Source: Mobula hypostoma (taxonomy: Eukaryota). Taken from it: a stretch of 64,000 nucleotides of DNA. This document shows positions 51,301-64,000 of the stretch, piece after piece; positions within the stretch are counted from its first letter, which is position 1; each line of letters begins with the position of its first letter. Made by a program: the position numbers and the translations under genes. The DNA lies in the NCBI RefSeq assembly GCF_963921235.1, contig NC_086101.1, positions 2,234,001 through 2,298,000 of the forward strand, given 5' to 3'. The notes beneath the pieces were generated by a model, which was not told the origin of the DNA, ran no database searches, and was given only the letters and a program-made list of their open reading frames with translations.

Positions 51301-54300
51301 CCCATCACAATGTCCGTACACCCCTCCCCATCCCCATCACAATGTCCATACACCCCTCCCCATCCCGATCCGCACCTCAATGTCTGTAAACCCCTCCTCA
51401 TCCCCATCCCAATGTCTGTACACCCCACCCAGCCCCCATCCCAATGTCTGTACATCCCTCCCCATCCCCATCCCCATCACAATGTCTGTACATCCCTCCC
51501 CATCCCAATCCCAATGTCTGTACACCCCTCCCCTCCCCTCCCCATCCCAATGTCTGTACAGCCCTCCCCATCCCCATCCCCACCCCAATGTCTGTACACT
51601 CCTCACCATCCCCATCCCCACCCCAATGTCTGTACACTCCTCCTCATCCCAATGTCTGTACACCCCTCCTCATCCCCATCCCCACCCCAATGTCTGTACA
51701 CCCCTCACCATCCCCAACACAATGTCTGTACACCCCTCCCCATCCCCCTCCCCATCCCCATCCCAATGTCTGTACACCCCTCCTCATCCCCATCCCAATG
51801 TCTGTACACCCCTCCTCATCCCCATCCCCACCCCAATGACTGTACACCCCTCCCCAACCCCATCCCCATCCAAATGTCTGTACACCGCTCCTCATCCCCA
51901 TCCCCACCCCAATGTCTGTACACCCCTCCCCAACCCCATCCCCATCACAATGTCCGTACAGCCCTCCCCATCCCAATGTCTGTACACCCCTCCCCATCCC
52001 CATCCCAATGTCTGTACACCCCTTACCATCCCCATTCCCATCACAATGTCTGTACACCCCTCCCCATCCCCACCCCAATGACTGTACACCCCTCCCCAAC
52101 CCCATCCCCATCCAAATGTCTGTACACCCGTCCTCATCCCCATCCCCACCCCAATGACTGTACACCCCTCCCCAACCCCATCCCCATCCAAATGTCTGTA
52201 CACCCCTCCCCATCCCCATCCCCATCCCCACCCCAATGTCCGTACATCCCTCCCCATCCCCATCCCCATCCCAATGTCTGTACACCCCTCACCATCCCCA
52301 TCCCCACCCCAATGTCTGTACACCCCTCCCCAACCCCATCCCCATCCAAATGTCTGTACACCCCTCCTCATCCCCATCCCCACCCCAATGTCTGTACATC
52401 ACTCACCAACCCCATCCCCATCCAAATGTCTGTACACCCCTCCTCATCCCCATCCCCACCCCAATGTCTGTACACCCCTCCCCAACCCAATCCACATTAC
52501 AATGTCCGTACACCCCTCCCCATCCCAATGTCTGTACACCCCTCCGCATCACCATCACAATATCCATACACCCCTCCCCATCCCCATCACAATATCCATA
52601 CACCCCTCCCCATCCCCATCACAATGTCCGTACACCCCTCTCCATCCCCATCACAATGTCCGTACACCCCTCTCCATCCCCATCCGCACCTCAATGTCTG
52701 TAAACCCCTCCCCATCCTCATCCCAATGTCTGTACACCCCACCCAATCCCCATCCCCATCCCAATGTCTTTACACCCCTCCTCATCTCCATCCCCATCCC
52801 AATGTCTTTACACCCCTCCCCATCCCCATCACAATGTCCATACACCCCTCCCCATCCCGATCCGCACCTCAATGTCTGTAAACCCCTCCTCATCCCCATC
52901 CCAATGTCTGTACACCCCACCCAGACCCCATCCCAATGTCTGTACATCCCTCCCCATCCCCATCCCCATCACAATGTCTGTACATCCCTCCCCATCCCAA
53001 TCCCAATGTCTGTACACCCCTCCCCTCCCCTCCCCATCCCAATGTCTGTACAGCCCTCCCCATCCCCATCCCCACCCCAATGTCTGTACACTCCTCACCA
53101 TCCCCATCCCCACCCCAATGTCTGTACACTCCTCCTCATCCCAATGTCTGTACACCCCTCCTCATCCCCATCCCCACCCCAATGTCTGTACACCCCTCAC
53201 CATCCCCAACACAATGTCTGTACACCCCTCCACATCCCCATCCCCATCCCCATCCCAATGTCTGTACACCCCTCCTCATCCCCATCCCAATGTCTGTACA
53301 CCCCTCCTCATCCCCATCCCCACCCCAATGACTGTACACCCCTCCCCAACCCCATCCCCATCCAAATGTCTGTACACCGCTCCTCATCCCCATCCCCACC
53401 CCAATGTCTGTACACCCCTCCCCAACCCCATCCCCATCACAATGTCCGTACAGCCCTCCCCATCCCAATGTCTGTACACCCCTCCCCATCCCCATCCCAA
53501 TGTCTGTACACCCCTTACCATCCCCATTCCCATCACAATGTCTGTACACCCCTCCCCATCCCCACCCCAATGACTGTACACCCCTCCCCAACCCCATCCC
53601 CATCCAAATGTCTGTACACCCGTCCTCATCCCCATCCCCACCCCAATGACTGTACACCCCTCCCCAACCCCATCCCCATCCAAATGTCTGTACACCCCTC
53701 CCCATCCCCATCCCCATCCCCACCCCAATGTCCGTACATCCCTCCCAATCCCCATCCCCATCCCAATGTCTGTACACCCCTCACCATCCCCATCCCCACC
53801 CCAATGTCTGTACACCCCTCCCCAACCCCATCCCCATCCAAATGTCTGTACACCCCTCCTCATCCCCATCCCCACCCCAATGTCTGTACATCACTCACCA
53901 ACCCCATCCCCATCCAAATGTCTGTACACCCCTCCTCATCCCCATCCCCACCCCAATGTCTGTACACCCCTCCCCAACCCAATCCACATTACAATGTCCG
54001 TACACCCCTCCCCATCCCAATGTCTGTACACCCCTCCCCATCCCCATCACAATATCCATACACCCCTCCCCATCCCCATCACAATATCCATACACCCCTC
54101 CCCATCCCCATCACAATGTCCGTACACCCCTCTCCATCCCCATCACAATGTCCGTACACCCCTCTCCATCCCCATCCGCACCTCAATGTCTGTAAACCCC
54201 TCCCCATCCTCATCCCAATGTCTGTACACCCCACCCAATCCCCATCCCCATCCCAATGTCTTTACACCCCTCCCCATCTCCATCCCCATCCCAATGTCTT

Positions 54301-57300
54301 TACACCCCGCCCCATCTCCATCCCCATCCCAATGTCCGTACCCCCATCCCATCCCCATCCCCATTCCAATGTCTGTACACCCCTCCCAATCCCCATCCCC
54401 ATCCTTATGTCTGTACACCCTTCCCCATCCCCATCCCCATGCCAATGTCTGTACACCCCTCTTCATCCCCATCCCAATGTCTGTACACCCCTCCCAATCC
54501 ACATCCCCATCCCAATGTCTCTACACCCTTCCCCATCCCCATCCCCATCCCAATGTCTGTACACCCCTCTCCATCCCCATCCCCATCCCAATGACTGTCC
54601 ACCCTTCCCATCCCCCATCCCCACCCCAATGTCTGTACACGCCTCCCCATCCCCATCCCAATGTCTGTACACCCCTCCTCATCGCCATCCCCATCCCAAT
54701 GTCTGTACACCCCTCCTCATCCCCATCCCAATGTCTGTACATCCCTCCCCCTCCCCATCCCCATCCCAATGTCTGTCCACCCCTCCCCATCCCCATCCCA
54801 ATGTAAGTACACCCCTCCCCATCCCCATCCCCATCACAATGTCTGTACACCCCTCCCCATCCCAATCCCAATGTCTGTACGCCCCTCCCCTCCCCTCCCC
54901 ATCCCAATGTCCGTACACCCCTCCCAATCCCCATCCCCATCCCTATCCCAATGTCTGTACACCCCTCCCCATCCCCACCCCAATGTCTGTACACCCCTCC
55001 CCATCCCCATCACCATCCAAATGTCTGTACACCCCTCCTCATCCCCATCCCCACCCCAATGTCTGTACACCCCTCCCCAACCCTGTCCCCATCACAATGT
55101 CCGTACACCCCTCCCCATCCCCATCACAATGTCCATACACCCCTCCCCATCCCCATCACAATGTCTGTACACCCCTCCCCACCCCCATCCCAATGTCTGT
55201 AAACCCCTCTCCATCCCCATCCCAATGTCTGTACACCCCACCCAGTCCCCATCCCAATGTCTGTACATCCCTCCCCATCCCCATCCCCATCCCAATGTCC
55301 GTACCCCCATCCCATCCCCATCCCCATTCCAATGTCTGTACACCCCTCCCAATCCCCATCCCCATCCTTATGTCTGTACACCCTTCCCCATCCCCATCCC
55401 CATGCCAATGTCTGTACACCCCTCTTCATCCCCATCCCAATGTCTGTACACCCCTCCCAATCCACATCCCCATCCCAATGTCTCTACACCCTTCCCCATC
55501 CCCATCCCCATCCCAATGTCTGTACACCCCTCTCCATCCCCATCCCCATCCCAATGACTGTCCACCCTTCCCATCCCCAATCCCCACCCCAATGTCTGTA
55601 CACGCCTCCCCATCCCCATCCCAATGTCTGTACACCCCTCCTCATCGCCATCCCCATCCCAATGTCTGTACACCCCTCCTCATCCCCATCCCAATGTCTG
55701 TACACCCCTCCCCATCCCCATCCCCATCCCAATGTCTGTCCACCCCTCCCCATCCCCATCCCAATGTAAGTACACCCCTCCCCATCCCCATCCCCATCAC
55801 AATGTCTGTACACCCCTCCCCATCCCAATCCCAATGTCTGTACACCCCTCCCCTCCCCTCCCCATCCCAATGTCCGTACACCCCTCCCAATCCCCATCCC
55901 CATCCCTATCCCAATGTCTGTACACCCCTCCCCATCCCCACCCCAATGTCTGTACACCCCTCCCCATCCCCATCACCATCCAAATGTCTGTACACCCCTC
56001 CTCATCCCCATCCCCACCCCAATGTCTGTACACCCCTCCCCAACCCTGTCCCCATCACAATGTCCGTACACCCCTCCCCATCCCCATCACAATGTCCATA
56101 CACCCCTCCCCATCCCCATCACAATGTCTGTACACCCCTCCCCATCCCCATCCCAATGTCTGTAAACCCCTCTCCATCCCCATCCCAATGTCTGTACACC
56201 CCACCCAGTCCCCATCCCAATGTCTGTACATCCCTCCCCATCCCCATCCCCATCACAATGTCTGTACACTCCTCCCCACCCCAATCCCAATGTCTGTACA
56301 CCCCTCCCCTCCCCTCCCCATTCCAATGTCTGTACAGCCCTCCCCATCCACATCCCCATCCCAATGTCTCTACACCCTTCCCCATCCCCATCCCCATCCC
56401 AATGTCTGTACACCCCTCTCCATCTCCATCCCCATCCCAATGACTGTCCACCCTTCCCATCCCCAATCCCCACCCCAATGTCTGTACACGCCTCCCCATC
56501 CCCATCCCAATGTCTGTACACCCCTCCCCATCCCCATCCCAATGTCTGTAAACCCCTCTCCATCCCCATCCCAATGTCTGTACACCCCTCCTAATCCCCA
56601 TCCCCATCCCAATTTCTGTCCACCTTTCCCATCCCCAATCCCCACCCCAATGTCTGTACACCCCTCCTCATTGCCATCCCCATCCCAATGTCTGTACACC
56701 CCTCCTCATCCCCATCCCAATGTCTGTACATCCCTCCCCATCCCCATCCCCATCCCAATGTCTGTCCACCCCACCCCATCCCCATCCCAATGTCTGTACA
56801 CCCCTCCCCATCCCCATCCCCATCACAATGTCTGTACACCCCTCCCCATCCCAATCCCAATGTCTGTACACCCCTCCCCTCCCCTCCCCATCCCAATGTC
56901 TGTACACCCCTCCTCATCCCCACCCCAATGTCTGTACACCCCTCCCCATCCCCATCACCATCCAAATGTCTGTACACCCCTCCTCATCCCCATCCCCACC
57001 CCAATGTCTGTACACCCCTCCCCAACCCTATCCCCATCACAATGTCCGTACACCCCTCCCCATCCCCATCACAATGTCCATACACCCCTCCCCATCCCCA
57101 TCACAATGTCCGTAAACCCCTCCCCATCCCGATCCGCACCTCAATGTCTGTAATCCCCTCCTCATCCCCATCCTAATGTCTGTACACCCCACCCAGTCCC
57201 CATCCCAATGTCTGTACATCCCTCCCCATCCCCATCCCCATCGCAATGTCTGTACACCCCTCCCCATCCCAATCCCAATGTCTGTACACCCCTCCCCTCC

Positions 57301-60300
57301 CCTCCCCATCCCAATGTCTGTACAGCCCTCCCCATCCCCATCCCCACCCCAATGTCTGTACACCCCTCACCATCCCCATCCCCACCCCAATGTCTGTACA
57401 CCCCTCCCCATCCCAATGTCTGTACACCCCTCCCCATCCCCATCCCCATCCCCATCCCCATCCCCATTCCAATGTCTGTACACCCCTCCTCATCCCCATC
57501 CCCACCCCAATGTCTGTACACCCCTCACCATCCCCAACACAATGTCTGTACACACCTCCACATCCCCATCCCCATCCCCATCCCAATGTCTGTACACCCC
57601 TCCTCATCCCCATCCCCACCCCAATGTCTGTACACCCCTCCCCTACCCCATCCCCATCACAATGTCCGTACACCCCTCCCCATCCCAATGTCTGTACACC
57701 CCTCCCCATCCCTATCCCAATGTCTGTACACCCCTCGCCATCCCCATTCCCATCACAATGTCTGTACACCCCTCCCCATCCCCACCCCAATGACTGTACA
57801 CCCCTCCCCAACCCCATCCCCATCCAAATGTCTGTACACCCCTCCTCATCCCCATCCCCATCACAATGTCTGTACATCCCTCCCAATCCCCATCCCCATC
57901 CCAATGTCTGTACACCCCTCCCCATCCCCATCACCATCCAAATGTCTGTACACCCCTCCTCATCCCCATCCCCACCCCAATGTCTGTACACCCCTCCCCA
58001 ACCCTGTCCCCATCACAATGTCCGTACACCCCTCCCCATCCCCATCACAATGTCCATACACCCCTCCCCATCCCCATCACAATGTCTGTACACCCCTCCC
58101 CATCCCCATCCCAATGTCTGTAAACCCCTCTCCATCCCCATCCCAATGTCTGTACACCCCACCCAGTCCCCATCCCAATGTCTGTACATCCCTCCCCATC
58201 CCCATCCCCATCACAATGTCTGTACACTCCTCCCCACCCCAATCCCAATGTCTGTACACCCCTCCCCTCCCCTCCCCATTCCAATGTCTGTACAGCCCTC
58301 CACATCCACATCCCCATCCCAATGTCTCTACACCCTTCCCCATCCCCATCCCCATCCCAATGTCTGTACACCCCTCTCCATCTCCATCCCCATCCCAATG
58401 ACTGTCCACCCTTCCCATCCCCAATCCCCACCCCAATGTCTGTACACGCCTCCCCATCACCATCCCAATGTCTGTACACCCCTCCCCATCCCCATCCCAA
58501 TGTCTGTAAACCCCTCTCCATCCCCATCCCAATGTCTGTACACCCCTCCTAATCCCCATCCCCATCCCAATTTCTGTCCACCTTTCCCATCCCCAATCCC
58601 CACCCCAATGTCTGTACACCCCTCCTCATCGCCATCCCCATCCCAATGTCTGTACACCCCTCCTCATCCCCATCCCAATGTCTGTACATCCCTCCCCATC
58701 CCCATCCCCATCCCAATGTCTGTCCACCCCACCCCATCCCCATCCCAATGTCTGTACACCCCTCCCCATCCCCATCCCCATCACAATGTCTGTACACCCC
58801 TCCCCATCCCAATCCCAATGTCTGTACACCCCTCCCCTCCCCTCCCCATCCCAATGTCTGTACACCCCTCCTCATCCCCACCCCAATGTCTGTACACCCC
58901 TCCCCATCCCCATCACCATCCAAATGTCTGTACACCCCTCCTCATCCCCATCCCCACCCCAATGTCTGTACACCCCTCCCCAACCCTATCCCCATCACAA
59001 TGTCCGTACACCCCTCCCCATCCCCATCACAATGTCCATACACCCCTCCCCATCCCCATCACAATGTCCGTAAACCCCTCCCCATCCCCATCCGCACCTC
59101 AATGTCTGTAATCCCCTCCTCATCCCCATCCTAATGTCTGTACACCCCACCCAGTCCCCATCCCAATGTCTGTACATCCCTCCCCATCCCCATCCCCATC
59201 GCAATGTCTGTACACCCCTCCCCATCCCAATCCCAATGTCTGTACACCCCTCCCCTCCCCTCCCCATCCCAATGTCTGTACAGCCCTCCCCATCCCCATC
59301 CCCACCCCAATGTCTGTACACCCCTCACCATCCCCATCCCCACCCCAATGTCTGTACACCCCTCCCCATCCCAATGTCTGTACACCCCTCCCCATCCCCA
59401 TCCCCATCCCCATCCCCATTCCAATGTCTGTACACCCCTCCTCATCCCCATCCCCACCCCAATGTCTGTACACCCCTCACCATCCCCAACACAATGTCTG
59501 TACACACCTCCACATCCCCATCCCCATCCCCATCCCAATGTCTGTACACCCCTCCTCATCCCCATCCCCACCCCAATGTCTGTACACTCCTCCCCTACCC
59601 CATCCCCATCACAATGTCCGTACACCCCTCCCCATCCCAATGTCTGTACACCCCTCCCCATCCCTATCCCAATGTCTGTACACCCCTCGCCATCCCCATC
59701 CCCACCCCAATGACTGTACACCCCTCCCCAACCCCATCCCCATCCAAATGTCTGTACACCCCTCCTCATCCCCATCCCCATCACAATGTCTGTACATCCC
59801 TCCCAATCCCCATCCCCATCCCAATGTCTGTACACCCCTCCCAATCCCCATCCCCATCCCAATGTCTGTACACCCCTCCCCATCCCCATTTCCATCCCCA
59901 CCCCAATGTCTGTACATCACTCACCATCCCCATCCCCACCCCAATGTCTGTACACCCTTCCCCAACCCCATCCCCATCCAAATGTCTGTACACCCCTCCT
60001 CATCCCCATCCTCACCCCAATGTCTGTACACCCCTCCCAACCCAATCCACATTACAATGTCCGTACACCCCTCCCCATCCCAATGTCTGTACACCCCTCC
60101 CCATCCCCATCACAATGTCCATACACCCCTCCCCATCCCCATCACAATGTCCGTACACCCCTCTCCATCCCCATCCTCACCTCAATGTCTGTAAACCCCT
60201 CCCCATCCTCATCCCAATGTCTGTACACCCCACCCAATCCCCATCCCCATCCCAATGTCTTTACACCCCTCCCCATCTCCATCCCCATCCCAATGTCTTT

Positions 60301-63300
60301 ACACCCCTCCCCATCTCAATCCCCATCCCAATGTCCGTACACCCCTCCCCATCCCCATCCCCATTCCAATGTCTGTACACCCCTCCCCAGCCCCGTCCCA
60401 ATGTCTGTACACCCCTCCCCATCCCCATCCTTATGTCTGTACACCCTTCCCCATCCCCATCCCCATCCTTATGTCTGTACACCCCTCCCAATCCACATCC
60501 CCATCCCAATGTCTCTACACCCTTCCCCATCCCCATCCCCATCCCAATGTCTCTACACCCCTCTCCATCCCCATCCCCATCCCAATGACTGTCCACCCTT
60601 CCCATCCCCAATCCCCACCCCAATGTCTGTACACGCCTCCCCATCCCCATCCCAATGTCTGTACACCCCTCCCCATCCCCATCCCAATGTCTGTACACCC
60701 CTCTTAATCCCCATCCCCATCCCAATTTCTGTCCACCTTTCCCATCCCCAATCCCCACCCCAATGTCTGTACACCCCTCCTCATCGCCATCCCCATCCCA
60801 ATGTCTGTACATCCCTCCCCATCCCCATCCCCATCCCAATGTCTGTCCACCCCTCCCCATCCCCATCCCCATCACAATGTCTGTACACCCCTCACCATCC
60901 CCAACACAATGTCTGTACACCCCTCCTCATCCCCATCCCCACCCCAATGACTGTACACCCCTCCCCAACCCCATCCCCATCCAAATGTCTGTACACCCCT
61001 CCTCATCCCCATCCCCACCCCAATGTCTGTACACCCCTCCCCAACCCCATCCCCATCACAATGTCCGTACACCCCTCCCCATCCCAATGTCTGTACACCC
61101 TTCCCCATCTCCATCCCAATGTCTGTACATCCCTCGCCATCCCCATTCCCATCACAATGTCTGTACACACCTCCCCATCCCCATCCCCACCCCAATGTCC
61201 GTACATCCCTCCCAATCCCCATCCCCATCCCAATGTCTGTACACCCCTCCCCATCCCCATCCCCACCCCAATGTCTGTACACACCTCACCATCCCCATCC
61301 CCACCCCAATGTCTGTACACCCCTCCCCAACCCCATCCCCATCCAAATGTCTGTACACCCCTCCTCATCCCCATCCCCATCCCAATGTCTGTACACCCCT
61401 CCCCATCCCCATCACAATGTCCATACACCCCTCCCCATCCCCATCACAATGTCCGTACACCCCTCTCCATCCCCATCCGCACTTCAATGTCTGTAAACCC
61501 CTCCCCATCCTCATCCCAATGTCTGTACACCCCACCCAATCCCCATCTCCATCCCGATGTCTTTACACCCCTCCCCATCTCCATCCCCATCCCAATGTCT
61601 TTACACCCCTCCCCATCTCAATCCCCATCCCAATGTCCGTACACCCCTCCCCATCCCCATCCCCATTCCAATGTCTGTACACCCCTCCCCATCCCCATCC
61701 CAATGTCTGTACACCCCTCCCCTTCCCATCCTTATGTCTGTACACCCTTCCCCATCCCCATCCCCATCCCAATGTCTGTACACCCCTCTCCATCCCCATT
61801 CCAATGTCTGTACACCCCTCCCAATCTACATCCCCATCCCGATGTCTCTACACCCTTCACCATCCCCATCCCCATCCCAATGTCTGTACACCCCTCCCCA
61901 TCCCCATCCCGTCTGTACACCCCTCTCCATCCCCATCCCCATCCCAATGACTGTCCACCCTTCCCATCCCCAATCCCCACCCCAATGTCTGTACACGCCT
62001 CCCCATCCCCATCCCAATGTCTGTACACCCCTCTCCATCCCCATCCCAATGTCTGTACACCCCTCCTAATCCCCATCCCCATCCCAATTTCTGTCCACCC
62101 TTCCCATCCCCAATCCCCACCCCAATATCTGTACACCCCTCCTCATCGCCATCCCCATCCCAATGTCTGTACACCCCTCCTGATCCCCATCCCAATGTCT
62201 GTACATCCCTCTCCATCCCCATCCCAATGTCTGTACACCCCTCCCAATCCCCATCCCCATCCCAATGTCTGTACACCCCTCCCCATCCCCATCCCCATCC
62301 CAATGTCTGTACACCCCTCCCCATCCCCATCCCCATTCCAATGTCTGTACACCCCTCTCCATCCCCATCCCCATCCCAATTTCTGTCCACCCTTCCCATC
62401 CCCAATCCCCACCCCAATGTCTGTACACCCCTCCTCATCGCCATCCCCATCCCAATGTCTGTACACCCCTCCTCATCCCCATCCCAATGTCTGTACACCC
62501 CTCCCCAACCCCATCCCCATCCCGATGTCTGTACACCCCTCCTCATCCCCATCCCCATCCCAATGTCTGTACACCCCTCCCCATCCCCATCCCCATCCCA
62601 ATGTCTGTACACCCCTCCTCATCCCCATCCCCACCCCAATGACTGTACACCCCTCCTCAACCCCAACCCCATCCCAATGTCTGTACACCCCTCCCCATTC
62701 CCATCTCAATGTCTGTACACCCCTCCCCATCCCCATCACAATGTCCGTACACCCCTCTCCATCCCCATCCGCACCTCAATGTCTGTAAACCCCTCTCCAT
62801 CCTCATCCCAATGTCTGTACTCCCCACCCAATCCCCATCCCCATCCCAATGTCTTTACACCCCTCCCCATCTCCATCCCCATCCCAATGTCTTTACACCC
62901 CTCCCCATCTCAATCCCCATCCCAATGTCCGTACACCCCTCCCCATCCCCATCCCCATTCCAATGTCTGTACACCCCTCCCCATCCCCATCCCAATGTCT
63001 GTACATCCCTCCACATCCCCATCCTTATGTCTGTACACCCTTCCCCATCCCCATCCCCATCCCAATGTCTGTACACCCCTCTCCATCCCCATTCCAATGT
63101 CTGTACACCCCTCCCAATCCACATCCCCATCCCGATGTCTCTACACCCTTCCCCATCCCCATCCCCATCCCAATGTCTGTACACCCCTCCCCATCCCCAT
63201 CCCGTCTGTACACCCCTCTCCATCCCCATCCCCATCCCAATGACTGTCCACCCTTCCCATCCCCAATCCCCACCCCAATGTCTTTACACGCCTCCCCATC

Positions 63301-64000
63301 CCCATCCCAATGTCTGTACACCCCTCTCCATCCCCATCCCAATGTCTGTACACCCCTCCTAATCCCCATCCCCATCCCAATTTCTGTCCACCCTTCCCAT
63401 CCCCAATCCCCACCCCAATATCTGTACACCCCTCCTCATCGCCATCCCCATCCCAATGTCTGTACACCCCTCCTCATCCCCATCCCAATGTCTGTACATC
63501 CCTCTCCATCCCCATCCCAATGTCTGTACACCCCTCCCAATCCCCATCCCCATCCCAATGTCTGTACACCCCTCCCCATCCCCATCCCCATCCCAATGTC
63601 TGTACACCCCTCCCCATCCCCATCCCCATTCCAATGTCTGTACACCCCTCTCCATCCCCATCCCCATCCCAATTTCTGTCCACCCTTCCCATCCCCAATC
63701 CCCACCCCAATGTCTGTACACCCCTCCTCATCGCCATCCCCATCCCAATGTCTGTACACCCCTCTTCATCCCCATCCCAATGTCTGTACACCCCTCCCCA
63801 ATCCCATCCCCATCCCGATGTCTGTACACCCCTCCTCATCCCCATCCCCATCCCAATGTCTGTACACCCCTCTCCAACCCCAACCCCATCCCAATGTCTG
63901 TACACCCCTCCCCATCCCCATCTCAATGTCTGTACACCCCTCCTCATCCCCATCCCCATCCCAATGTCTGTACACCCCTCCCCATCCCAATGTCTGTACA
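33365..64000. repeat. Intronic minisatellite 2 (>30 kb, runs off the window): core CCCAATGTCYGTACACCCCTC plus a variable number of CCCCAT hexamers (units mostly 26/32/38/44 bp)
   Basis: Read directly. It begins about 50 bp from the acceptor at 33313. I saw no unique interruption up to 64000. Confidence 0.98.

Noticed and set aside
32007..64000. Pro/His/Ser-rich (extensin- or mucin-like) and Gly/Trp-rich ORFs
   Set aside because: These are translations of (CCCCAT)n-based repeats. They overlap in all frames and have no unique domain.
8835..64000. CRISPR-like repeat/spacer appearance of the arrays
   Set aside because: The spacers are not unique, there are no cas genes, and the context is a vertebrate intron.
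33365..64000. True telomere or interstitial telomeric array
   Set aside because: There are no (CCCTAA)n tracts. The hexamer is CCCCAT and is regularly interrupted by the core.

Overview
Eukaryotic, vertebrate DNA, most likely from a cartilaginous fish (shark or ray), judging by the CR1, V-SINE and Penelope-type repeat families; this assignment is inferred, not searched. The only host gene is NME5 (NDP-kinase homolog 5, a radial-spoke protein with a Dpy-30 domain) on the minus strand. Its last three coding exons (33312-33212, 32010-31892, 8400-8266) have GT-AG boundaries and compatible phases. Each visible intron is filled by a different tandem repeat: about 23 kb of a 16/32-bp GGGGACCGAAC minisatellite, about 1.1 kb of a C-rich repeat, and more than 30 kb of a TGTACA-core/(CCCCAT)n minisatellite that runs off the window. 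All the very long ORFs in the track are artefacts of these repeats. Bases 1-8.2 kb, downstream of NME5, are a nest of CR1 LINEs, including a near full-length, frameshifted copy inserted in the 3' UTR of an older one. They also contain a V-SINE remnant and a ~98-bp insertion carrying a minimal type I hammerhead ribozyme motif. I cannot demonstrate a wholly new biological system. The best leads are the satellite-inflated introns of an axonemal gene and the hammerhead-bearing mini-element.
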